From an uncultured Actinomycetes bacterium (GTDB lineage Bacteria; Actinomycetota; Actinomycetes; Mycobacteriales; Jatrophihabitantaceae): DNA of 64,000 nucleotides. Positions 1-8,949 of this stretch are shown here, piece after piece. Where the stretch lies: assembly GCA_963730855.1 (NCBI GenBank), contig CAVSTK010000010.1, positions 53,011 through 117,010 of the forward strand, written 5' to 3'. Below the pieces are notes generated by a model. It was not told the origin of the DNA. It saw only the letters and a list, made by a program, of their open reading frames with translations, and ran no database searches. Positions within the stretch are counted from its first letter, which is position 1. Every line of letters starts with the position of its first letter. Both the position numbers and the translations under genes were made by a program.

Positions 1-1075
1 AGCGCGAGGGCGACCGCGCCGATCGTCAGGGACAGACGCGGCCCGTACTTGCTGACCAGATAACCCGACAACGGGCCCAGTATCAGCATCGCGCCGGCCA
101 TCGGTAATAGGTACAACCCGGCGCGAAGTGCGGACAGGCCGCGCACGTCCTGCAGGTAGAGCGTGTTCAGGAACAGGAATCCGCCGAGCGCGACGAAAGC
201 ACTGATCGCGACGACGCTGGCGCCGGTGAACGGCGCGCTGCGGAAGAAACGCAGCTCGATCAGCGGCTCGAACCGGTTCAGCTCGTAGTGGATCAGCAGC
301 GCCGAGGCTGATCGCCGCTGACCGCGAAGCAGCCCAGGATCGGCGCCGACGTCCACCCCCGGTCGGGGGCCTCGATGATCGCGAACACCAGCGACGCCAG
401 CAGCGGCGATGATCAGCACCTGGCCGACCGGGTCGATCCGGCGGGCCTTCGTCAGCCTTGGAGTCGGGCACGTATCGGTACGTGAGCGCCAGCGCGAGGA
501 GGCCGACCGGAATGTTGATCCAGAACACCGACCGCCACCCGACCGAATCGACCAGGGCGCCGCCGACGATCGGGCCGGCGGCGATGCCGAGCCCGACGAC
601 GCCGCTCCAGGCGCCGATGGCCCGCGCGCGCTCCTTCGGCTCGGTGAAGGTGTTGGTGATGATCGACAGCGCGACCGGGTTCAGCATCGACCCGCCGACG
701 GCCTGGATCATCCGGAAGGCGATCAACCAGCCCAGCCCCGGGGCGATGCTGCACAGCAGCGAACCGGCGACGAACACGGCCAGCCCGACCTGGAATACCT
801 GCCGCCGCCCGAGCCGGTCGGCGGTCGATCCGGACAGCAACAGCAACGAGGCGAGCACGAGAGCGTAGGCGTCGAGCGTCCATTGCGCGCCCGAGATCGA
901 AGCGTGGAATTCGTGCTGGATCGACGGCAGGGCGACGTTGAGGATGGTGATGTCGAGCCCGACGATCAGCAGGCTCAGGCAACAGATCGCCAACACCAGA
1001 ACCTTGCTGTACGGCGCTGCACCGGCTGCGATCGTCTCACTGGCCGAACGGTACAGAGCGCGATCGCAGCTCGTG
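1..1075 (-). pseudogene. MFS transporter, DHA2/EmrB-QacA-like; open at the left window edge; frame broken at least 3 times between ~300 and ~480; start not resolved
   Basis: Minus-strand translation reads ...LVLAICCLSLLIVGLDITILNVALPSIQHEF...GSTADRLGRRQVF...FRMIQAVGGSMLNPVALSIITNTFTEPKERARAIGAWSGVVGLGIAAGPIVGG. It then continues only in other frames: TKARRIDPVGQVLII / PLLASLVFAIIEAPDRGWTSAPILG / LIHYELNRFEPLIELRFFRSAPFTGASVVAISAFVALGGFLFLNTLYLQDVRG. It is absent from the ORF track because it runs off the edge. Confidence 0.8.
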
Positions 1076-1194
1076 CGGAGCCTCGCAGCGATGCGAAGCG
1101 AGCGAGGAGCGCAGCTGAATGACTTAGCTTGGCGGAGCCTCGCAGCGATGCGAAGCGAGCGAGGAGCGCAGCTAAATGAGTGCGCAGCTGAATG
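1075..1194. repeat. Tandem direct repeat, 57-bp period, 2.3 copies, each copy with an internal CCTCGC...GCGAGG stem
   Basis: gcggagcctcgcagcgatgcgaagcgagcgaggagcgcagctgaatga at 1075-1122 recurs at 1132-1179 with one mismatch (g to a). A partial third copy, gcgcagctgaatg, lies at 1182-1194. Confidence 0.9.
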
Positions 1195-1199
1195 TTTCG

Positions 1200-2913
1200 T
1201 CAGCTCCATCGGAAGGCGAGGATGGCGACGTCGTCCTCGGTCCCGTCGCCCGTCATCCGGGTCAGCACCTCGGTGAGCCCCTGCTCGACGGTGCGATCCG
1301 GTGAGATCGCGGCGCCGGCCGCCGCGAGCCAGCCGCGCCCGTCCGACGTCGAGGTCCTCGTCGCGGCGCTCGATCAATCCGTCGGTGAACGCGATCAGGG
1401 TCGATCCCGGCGGCACCGAGACGGTGGTGGACGGATAGGTGACCGAGGCCAGCACGCCCAGCGGCGGTCCGACCGCGGTCTCGATGTAGCTGGCGGCGCC
1501 GTCGGTGAGCAGCAGGGGGTCGAGATGGCCGGCGTTGGCGAAGGTGATGGTTCGCGCGGCTGAGGTCACCGAGGCCGACCAGGACGGTCGCGAAGTGCAG
1601 GTCGACGTTGATGTCGATCTGGCGGGCGCATAGATCCAGCGCAGCGGACGGCGGATGTCCCTCGAAGAGATATGCCCGCAGCGTGAACCGGATCCGAGCC
1701 ATCAGCGCCGCCGCCTCGACCCCGCGTCCCGAGACGTCGCCGACGACGAAGCCGAAGTGGGTGTCGTTCAGATGGATGATGCTGTACCAGTCGCCGCCGA
1801 TGTCGACCCCGCGAACGCCGGCAAGATAACGAGACCCGATCTCGAGCGCGGGGATGTTCGGATTGACCTGGGGCAGCAGGGCGTGCTGCAGGGTCTCGGA
1901 GATGGTGCGCTGCTCCCCGAACAGCGCGTCGAGCCGGTCGTAGAGCCCGGTGATCGTATGCGCGTCCCGTTCGGCATCGCGCCGGCGGCGGACCAGTTGG
2001 CCCACCACCGCGGTGGTGAAAGCACTGAGCAGCGCGCCCGCCACCAGCAGGATCCACGGCAGCTGGTACCCGAGCGCACCGCCGAGGTGACCGATCGGCG
2101 AGGTGACCAGCGTCAACGTGGTGTCACCGAACGGGATGGCCTCCTGATCGGTATTGCCCCTCAGCGGCAACTGGTTCGGTGGCCGGTCGGTGGTCTGCAG
2201 GTTGGCCATGTCGGTGCCGCGGCCCAAGTAGGTGGCGAAGTGCAGGTCAGCAAAGGCCGAGGTGCTCTCGATCTGTACTCGACGGTTGGCTGGAATCGGG
2301 CGTTCGGCGTACACCGCGAAGCTCGATGAGGTTGACGCCAGCGCGTAACCGATGTGCAGCTGGCCGACCGACGACGACACGGACGCGACGTCGAAGCTGG
2401 TGGAACGGCTCGCGCGGATGATTGCCGCGGCCGCGCTCGGGTCCGGCGTCGCCGCCGTGGCTCCGCTCGACTCGACGATGGCGGGGGTGCCGTTCGTGAT
2501 CTTCCACAGACTGACCGAATCGTACGTTCCGCCCGACCGCGTGTAGGGCGCGATGAACTGCGCGAACCGCGCGGGGTCTCCATCGGTTGCGGTGGCGATG
2601 TCGACGGCGGTCTGCAGCGGGTTCTCGATGCTCACGATCGCTGAGGCGAGGACGTTGGCCGCCTGTCGCGTCTGCGCCTGCAGCAGGCGGTGTTCGGTGT
2701 TGCGGTCGATGCGCCAGGTCGTGATCGAGACGGCCGCGGTGACGAGCGACTCCGAGCAGCGCGATGAGCGCCATGACCACCAACGGGTTGGCCGTCCAGC
2801 CGAGCCCTTGATTACCGACGGCGTCCGACCGGCGCAGCGGCCGATGCCGGACGGGCGAGGACGGGGGACGGTACGGAGCCTCCCGATCCACCAGCGCCTC
2901 CGCCCGATTGCAT
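1200..2913 (-). pseudogene. Membrane-anchored PP2C/SpoIIE-family serine phosphatase with an extracytoplasmic sensor region; at least 2-3 frame breaks (~1560, ~2750, possibly ~2830); start uncertain
   Basis: ORF 1262..2635 contains ...TISETLQHALLPQ...GSRYLAGVRGVDIGGDWYSIIHLNDTHFGFVVGDVSGRGVEAAALMARIRFTLRAY. The conserved C-terminus (ITFANAGHLDPLLLTDG...GSTLIAFTDGLIERRDEDLD...DDVAILAFRWS stop) is in another frame and ends at 1200. The N-terminal TM helix NPLVVMALIALLGV is in a third frame. Confidence 0.75.
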
Positions 2914-2976
2914 CCGATCCACCCCGCCGGGCGCCCTGGAGTGTAGTGATCGGGCGCGCCGGGTAGATCGAGACCC

Positions 2977-4626
2977 ATGACTCGTTTCGGCTACACCCTG
3001 ATGTGTGAACAGTCCGACCCTCGTGACCTCGTTTACGATGCCGCGCGCGCCGAGGCGGCGGGCTTCGACTTCGAAGTGATCAGCGACCACTACTTCCCAT
3101 GGCTCGACACGCAGGGCCACGCGCCCAACGCGTGGGCAACGTTGGGGGCGATCGCCCATGTCACCGAGCGGGTCGAGCTGATGACGTACGTGACGTGCCC
3201 GACCGTCCGCTATCACCCGGCGATCGTCGCCCAGCAGGCAGCGACCGTCGGTCTGCTCAGCGAGGGTCGCTTCACCCTTGGCCTCGGCGCGGGTGAGAAT
3301 CTGAACGAGCACGTCGTCGGCCGCGGCTGGCAACCGGCGAACATCCGCCACGAGATGCTCACCGAGGCGCTCGAGATCATCACCGAGCTGTTCGGCGGCG
3401 AGTACGTCAATTACCGCGGCACGCATTTCACGGTCGATTCGGCGAAGCTGTGGGACATCGGCACACCGCCGCCGCGGATCGGCGTCGCCGTGTCGGGCGC
3501 CCAGTCGTGCGAACTCGCCGGGCGCTACGCGGACGCCATGATCGCCGTCGAGCCCGACGCTTCGCTGGGTGAGAAGTTCGACGCGGCGGGGGGAGCGGGT
3601 AAGCCCCGCGTCGGCCAGGTTCCGATCAGCTGGGACCCCGACCGCGACACTGCCATCAAGCGCGCCCACGAGCAGTTCCGCTGGTTCGGCGGTGGGTGGA
3701 AGGTCAACGCCGAGATCCCGGGCCCGGCCGGGTTCGCCGCGGCCAGTCAGTTCGTTCGCGAGGACGACATCGCCGACTCCATCTCGTGCGGGCCCGATGT
3801 CGCCGAGCACGTCAAGGCGGTCCAGAAGTTCATCGACGCCGGCTTCACCGACGTCGCGGTGATCCAGATCGGCGGCGACACCCAGCCCGCGTACCTGGAC
3901 TGGGCCGAACGCGAACTGCTGCCCGCCCTGCGCAAAGCCGGCGCGACCCGCATGAGGGACGACGGCCCGTCCGGGGTGCTCTTCGACGTCGACGGAACGC
4001 TGGTCGATTCGAACTATCTGCATGTGACGGCGTGGCAGAAGGCCTTCCACGACGTCGGACGGACGGTGCCGGCCGGGCGGATCCACCACTGCATCGGGAT
4101 GGATTCCGCCGCGCTGCTCAGCGAACTCCTGGGCGAGGACGCGCAGTCGCTGGGTGATCAGGCCAAGCAGCGGCACTCGGAGGCGTATGCCGAGACGACC
4201 CCGCTGCTGGCGCCACTGCCCGGAGCTCGGGAGCTGATTCGAGAGTTGGCCGGCGACCACATCCGCGTCGTCCTGGCGACATCGGCGCCGAGCGATGAGC
4301 TCGCGGTGCTGCGGTCGACCCTCGCGGTCGATGAGTTGATCACGGCCAGCACCGACGCCGACGACGTCGATACGGCTAAGCCCGAGCCCGACATAGTCGA
4401 GATCGCGCGGCAGCGGTCAGGTTGTTCACTCGAGCAGGTGGTGTTCGTCGGGGACTCGGTGTGGGACATGGAGGCGGCCCGGCGCGCGGGCATCGACCGG
4501 ATCGGTCTGCTCAGCGGCGGGGTCGCGGCCGCCGATCTGCGCGAGGCGGGCGCTCAAGAGATCTACGACGATCCGGCCGACCTGCTGGCCCGTCTGGACG
4601 CCAGCCGACTCGGCCGGCTGCGATGA
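2977..4626 (+). CDS. Single ORF joining an LLM-class F420-dependent oxidoreductase (G6PDH-related family) to a HAD-superfamily phosphatase
   Basis: N-terminal part: FGYTLMCEQSDPRDLV...SDHYFPWLDTQGHAPNAWATLGAIA...VTCPTVRYHPAIVAQQAATVGLLSEGRFTLGLGAGENLNEH. C-terminal part: LFDVDGTLVDSN...DVDTAKPEPD...FVGDSVWDMEAARRAGI (HAD motifs I-IV). An internal ATGA lies at the junction. Confidence 0.85.
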   Translation: MTRFGYTLMCEQSDPRDLVYDAARAEAAGFDFEVISDHYFPWLDTQGHAPNAWATLGAIAHVTERVELMTYVTCPTVRYHPAIVAQQAATVGLLSEGRFTLGLGAGENLNEHVVGRGWQPANIRHEMLTEALEIITELFGGEYVNYRGTHFTVDSAKLWDIGTPPPRIGVAVSGAQSCELAGRYADAMIAVEPDASLGEKFDAAGGAGKPRVGQVPISWDPDRDTAIKRAHEQFRWFGGGWKVNAEIPGPAGFAAASQFVREDDIADSISCGPDVAEHVKAVQKFIDAGFTDVAVIQIGGDTQPAYLDWAERELLPALRKAGATRMRDDGPSGVLFDVDGTLVDSNYLHVTAWQKAFHDVGRTVPAGRIHHCIGMDSAALLSELLGEDAQSLGDQAKQRHSEAYAETTPLLAPLPGARELIRELAGDHIRVVLATSAPSDELAVLRSTLAVDELITASTDADDVDTAKPEPDIVEIARQRSGCSLEQVVFVGDSVWDMEAARRAGIDRIGLLSGGVAAADLREAGAQEIYDDPADLLARLDASRLGRLR

Positions 4627-5369
4627 CGGCTCAGGCGGCGGTGAGCTTCGCGTAGCCGAAGCGCATTGCGCACCGCGTGGCCGGATCCGTCGTTGTTGAA
4701 GTAGGCATAGATCGACCGCCCGGCGGCCGACCACTCGCCGACGCGGTCGGCCCACCAGCGCAGATCGGCATCGCTGTACGAACCGCCGTACAGGGCGCTG
4801 GCGTCGGGTCCGTGCAGGCGCAGGTAGACGAAGTCCGCGGTCGCGCGCAGGATGCACGGCAGGCCGGCGCCACTCATGACGCAGTAGGCGGCGTTGTGGC
4901 GCTCCAGCAATCTGAAGACGTCTTCGACCGGCCAGCTCGGGTGTCGGAATTCGACGGCGACCCGAATCCACGGAGCCCGCGCCCGTAGGGCGCCCAGGAA
5001 ATAGTCCAACCGGCCGTCGTCACGAACCTGGTTGGGGCCGAGCTGAACGAGAAAGATCCCACGCCGATCACCCAGCTCGTGCATACCGGCCGCGACCCGT
5101 TCGATCCACGGCTGCGGGTCATACAATTTCTTGGCGTGCGTCAGTCCGCGGGGCGCCTTCACCGTCAGCTCGAAGCCGTTCGGTAGTCGCCTGCGCCAAC
5201 TGGCGAACGTGGCGTCGCGCGGCCACCGATAGAAGCTCGCGTTCAGCTCGACCGTCGCGAAGTGCTGGGTGTAGATACCAAGCCGCTGCGCCGGTGGGGT
5301 GCCGGGCGGGTAGAGGACGCCGTCCCAGTGGTCGTAGCTCCAGCCCGAGGTGCCGATCTCGATGCTCAC
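4563..5369 (-). CDS. DUF72 (YecE-like) family protein
   Basis: MSIEIGTSGWSYDHWDGVLYP...FATVELNASFYRWP...VEFRHPSW...YAYFNND pattern. The 3' end overlaps the convergent upstream ORF by 64 nt, so the stop may be over-extended. Confidence 0.8.
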   Translation of the reverse strand: MSIEIGTSGWSYDHWDGVLYPPGTPPAQRLGIYTQHFATVELNASFYRWPRDATFASWRRRLPNGFELTVKAPRGLTHAKKLYDPQPWIERVAAGMHELGDRRGIFLVQLGPNQVRDDGRLDYFLGALRARAPWIRVAVEFRHPSWPVEDVFRLLERHNAAYCVMSGAGLPCILRATADFVYLRLHGPDASALYGGSYSDADLRWWADRVGEWSAAGRSIYAYFNNDGSGHAVRNALRLREAHRRLSRHRSRPSRLASRRASRSAGSS

Positions 5370-5475
5370 ATTGGCGCGATTCCCTTCCGCCGGCCGGCCT
5401 TAACCGCCTCGGGTTCGGCGCCGGTACAACTGGGTAGTAGAAGCTCCGACCGTCCACACCAATCGAAGGGCCCAC

Positions 5476-7515
5476 GTGAGCAACGCCGACCGATCCTTTC
5501 CCTACCCACTCGGCGTCAGCCTGCGCGACGGTCTCGTTAACGTCGCGATATACAGCGGAACCGCCCAGAAGATCGAATTCTGCATCTTCGCCGACGGCGC
5601 CGACGAGCGCCGGGTCGAGCTGACCGAACGCACCGGCCATGTGTTTCACGGCCTGGTCCCCGACGCCGGCCCCGGCACCCGCTACGCGCTGCGCGTGCAC
5701 GGCCCGTGGGATCCGGCCGCGGGCATGCGGCACAACCCGAACAAGCTTCTGCTCGACCCCCATGCCCGAGCCGTTTCAGGCGAGTACACCTGGGGACAGG
5801 CGGTCTTCGGGCACGATATGAACGACCCGTCGCAGATGGATGAGACCGACGGCGCGGGCTCGACGCCGTTGTGTGTGGTCACCGGCGCCGACTTCGACTG
5901 GGGCAATGACGAGCACCCATTCACTCCGCTGGCCGAGACGATCGTCTATGAGACCCACGTCAAGGGATTCACCAAGCTGCACCCGGACGTGCCCGACAAC
6001 ATTCGCGGAACCTATGCCGGTCTCGCGCACCCGGCCGCGATCAAGCATCTGGTCGATCTGGGAGTGACTGCCGTCGAGCTGATGCCGGTCCAGCAGTTCG
6101 TACAGGACAGCCACCTGCTCGAGAAGGGGCTGCGAAACTACTGGGGCTACAACTCGATCGGTTTCCTCGCCCCGCACGGCGAATACAGCTCGGCCGGTGA
6201 CGGCGGCGCCCAGGTTAACGAGTTCAAGGCGATGGTCAAGGCGCTGCACGAGGCCGGCCTCGAGGTGATCCTCGACGTCGTTTACAACCACACCGCCGAA
6301 GGGAACGACCGCGGCCCCACCCTGTCGTTCAAGGGAATAGACAACGAGGCGTACTACCGCCTGGTCGAGGGCGACGAGGAGCATTACTTCGACACGACCG
6401 GCACCGGCAACAGCCTCAACGTCGCGCACCCGGCCGCACTCGGCGTGATCATGGACTCGCTTCGGTACTGGGTGACCGAGATGCATGTCGATGGCTTCCG
6501 ATTCGATCTGGCTACAACGCTTACCCGGCAAGACGGTGATGCGACCCGGCACAGCGCCTTCACCGACATGATCGCCCAGGATCCGATTCTGGCGCCGGTG
6601 AAGATGATCGCCGAACCGTGGGACACCGCGGGCTATCAAGTGGGCGGCTTCCCGGCCGACTGGTCCGAGTGGAACGGCAAGTTCCGCGACGACGTGCGGG
6701 CGTACTGGGCCGGCGAGGACAGCGTCCTAGGCACTTTGTCGCAGCGGATTCTCGGTAGTCCGGACGTCTATGAAGGCTCGCGCCGCTCACCGACCGCGGG
6801 CGTCGGCTTCGTCACCGCCCACGACGGCTTCACGCTGCACGACCTGACCTCCTACAACGAGAAGCACAACAGTGCCAACGGTGAGGACAACAACGACGGC
6901 GAGAGCGACAATAAATCGGCCAACTTCGGCGCCGAAGGACCGACCGACGACGAGTCGGTGAACGAGCGACGCGCACGGGCTCGTCGCAACTTCCTGGCGA
7001 CCGTGCTGCTGTCGGCCGGCGTGCCGATGATTCTCGGCGGCGACGAGATGGGTCGCACCCAGGGCGGCAACAATAATGCCTACTGCCAGGACAACGAGAT
7101 CTCGTGGTTCCACTGGGACTCGGTCGACCTCGAACTGCTCGAGTTCACCCAGAAACTGATTGCGCTTCGCCGCGACAACCCGGCCCTGCGCCCGATCTGG
7201 TTCCGGCAGGCGCCCGGTGAGGGAGTCGTCGACTGGGTCGACGTGCTGCGCTCGGACGGCCAGGGGTTCAGCGACGAGGACTGGGACAACCCCGAGGCGC
7301 GAAGCGTCATCTTCGTCGTCGGCCACGAGGGCGGCGACACCTTCGCGCTGCTGCTGAACTCGGCCTCGAACGGCGTTGAGTTCACCGTCCCCAAGGCGCC
7401 CAATGTGGAGTGGGTGCTGGCAGCGTCCAGTGATCCCGAGCAGCAGGTCGAGTCGCCGGTCACCACCCTGATCGTTCGCGACGAGTCGTTCACATTGCTG
7501 CGTTCGGCGCGGTAG
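5476..7515 (+). CDS. glgX: Glycogen debranching enzyme GlgX (GH13)
   Basis: 679 aa, GTG start. GH13 motifs VILDVVYNHT, GFRFDLA, EPWD, FVTAHDGFTL, plus the typical N-terminal PLGVSL...VNVAIYS...IEFCIF. Confidence 0.95.
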   Translation: MSNADRSFPYPLGVSLRDGLVNVAIYSGTAQKIEFCIFADGADERRVELTERTGHVFHGLVPDAGPGTRYALRVHGPWDPAAGMRHNPNKLLLDPHARAVSGEYTWGQAVFGHDMNDPSQMDETDGAGSTPLCVVTGADFDWGNDEHPFTPLAETIVYETHVKGFTKLHPDVPDNIRGTYAGLAHPAAIKHLVDLGVTAVELMPVQQFVQDSHLLEKGLRNYWGYNSIGFLAPHGEYSSAGDGGAQVNEFKAMVKALHEAGLEVILDVVYNHTAEGNDRGPTLSFKGIDNEAYYRLVEGDEEHYFDTTGTGNSLNVAHPAALGVIMDSLRYWVTEMHVDGFRFDLATTLTRQDGDATRHSAFTDMIAQDPILAPVKMIAEPWDTAGYQVGGFPADWSEWNGKFRDDVRAYWAGEDSVLGTLSQRILGSPDVYEGSRRSPTAGVGFVTAHDGFTLHDLTSYNEKHNSANGEDNNDGESDNKSANFGAEGPTDDESVNERRARARRNFLATVLLSAGVPMILGGDEMGRTQGGNNNAYCQDNEISWFHWDSVDLELLEFTQKLIALRRDNPALRPIWFRQAPGEGVVDWVDVLRSDGQGFSDEDWDNPEARSVIFVVGHEGGDTFALLLNSASNGVEFTVPKAPNVEWVLAASSDPEQQVESPVTTLIVRDESFTLLRSAR

Positions 7516-7530
7516 GTCCATCCTGGTCCG

Positions 7531-8910
7531 ATGCAACCGGTCGAGCCCGAGTCGATGATCGATGGCCGGGGGCTGGGGCGTGATCTGCGTATTGCTGAAG
7601 GACGAGGCGCGCGGCAGCGCGTCTCTCGTTCGCAGCTCGGACCGTGGGACCAAGCGTTGAGGCGTCAAGACGCGCTCGAGGTCATCGCCGCGCAGAACGT
7701 CATGCGGGCGCCGGATCTGATTCCGATCCGGTACGCCCGAATGGCGGCCTCGCCTTGGACCTATTTCCGCGGCGCGGCGGCAGTGATGGCCGCTGACCTG
7801 GCGACCATGCCGCACACGGCCATCTGGACCCAGCTGTGCGGCGATGCGCACGTCCTGAACTTCGGCCTGTGGGCGACTCCGGAACGGCATCTCGCGTTCG
7901 ATCTGCGCGACTTCGACGAGACGTTGCCCGGTCCATTCGAGTGGGACGTCAAGCGGTTGGCGACCAGCCTGGTCGTGGCCGCACGCGAGAACGAGCTGCC
8001 GCCCGCGACCGCGGTCGACGCCATCCGGTCGGCCGTCGAGGCCTATCGGGTGCGTATGTCGAGGTACGCCGGGGCGTTCGAGCTCGATATTTGGTATGAC
8101 CGGGTCGACGTCGACGACCTGATCGATTACTTCGTCGAGGAGGACCGCGGCCGGCTCGAGCGATACATCACCCGCCAGGCCAATCGGCAGACGAGTCGGG
8201 GGGCATTCACCAAGCTCACCGAGGTCGTCGACGGGCGCGTGCGAATCCGCGAAGAACCGCCGTTCCGGGTCCGGTTCGACGACCTGTCGCAACGCGATGT
8301 GGTGCGTGAGGTCATCGAGAGCTACCGCGCATCGCTTCAGCCGCACGTCTGGCATCTATTCAGCCGGTTCACGTTCGTCGACGTCGTCCGTCAGGTCGTC
8401 GGGGTCGGCAGCGTCGGCATGCGGGTCTACCTCGTTCTGATGCAGGGCCGCCTGGGCGATGACCCGCTGTTCCTGCAGGTCAAGCAGGCCGGTCCGTCGG
8501 TGTACGAGCCGTACCTGGCCCCGAGCGCCTCGGCCAACCACGGCGCCCGGGTCGTCAACGGCAAACGGCTACTGCAGTCAGCCACCGACATCTTCGCCGG
8601 CTGGACCTCGGCCAACGGAATGGACTTCTACGTTCGGCAATTCCGCGACATGAAGGTGATCCCCGACAGTCAGCGGGTCGGTCAGGGGCTGGTCGAATTC
8701 GCGGTCGCGTGCGGTGAGGCGCTGGCCCGGGCGCACGCCCGCAGCGGCGATGCGGCCACCATGTCGGCCTACATCGGCAAGGGTGATCGATTCAGCGACT
8801 CGATGGTCGCCTTCGGCTTGTCCTACGCCGACCAGAACGAGCGCGACCACGCTCAGCTAGTGGCGGCGATCGCCGACGGAACGGTGGCCGCGGACGCTGC
8901 GGCGGGGTAA
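7531..8910 (+). CDS. DUF2252 domain protein
   Basis: RYARMAASPWTYFRGAAAVMAADLA...CGDAHVLNFGLWATPERHLAFDLRDFDETLPGPFEWDVKRLATS is the family signature. Confidence 0.85.
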   Translation: MQPVEPESMIDGRGLGRDLRIAEGRGARQRVSRSQLGPWDQALRRQDALEVIAAQNVMRAPDLIPIRYARMAASPWTYFRGAAAVMAADLATMPHTAIWTQLCGDAHVLNFGLWATPERHLAFDLRDFDETLPGPFEWDVKRLATSLVVAARENELPPATAVDAIRSAVEAYRVRMSRYAGAFELDIWYDRVDVDDLIDYFVEEDRGRLERYITRQANRQTSRGAFTKLTEVVDGRVRIREEPPFRVRFDDLSQRDVVREVIESYRASLQPHVWHLFSRFTFVDVVRQVVGVGSVGMRVYLVLMQGRLGDDPLFLQVKQAGPSVYEPYLAPSASANHGARVVNGKRLLQSATDIFAGWTSANGMDFYVRQFRDMKVIPDSQRVGQGLVEFAVACGEALARAHARSGDAATMSAYIGKGDRFSDSMVAFGLSYADQNERDHAQLVAAIADGTVAADAAAG

Positions 8911-8949
8911 CTCTTCGTCGGGCGAAGACTCAGCTGACGGTGACTTCGC

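Noticed and set aside
1075-1194. CRISPR-like array.
   Set aside because: There are only 2.3 copies, the inter-copy spacer is just 9 nt, no cas genes are present, and the repeat is 48 nt long. It is a plain tandem duplication.
409-1276. Plus-strand ORFs 409..1122, 458..868 and 938..1276, and minus-strand ORF 452..982.
   Set aside because: All overlap the MFS transporter, whose motifs are read in other minus-strand frames. Their translations are low-complexity.
4563-4626. 64-nt convergent overlap between the LLM::HAD ORF and the DUF72 ORF as a functional antisense arrangement.
   Set aside because: More likely one stop codon is mis-placed by a local indel or a naturally extended tail. The last ~20 residues of the DUF72 ORF (HRRLSRHRSRPSRLASRRASRSAGSS) look like non-native read-through.
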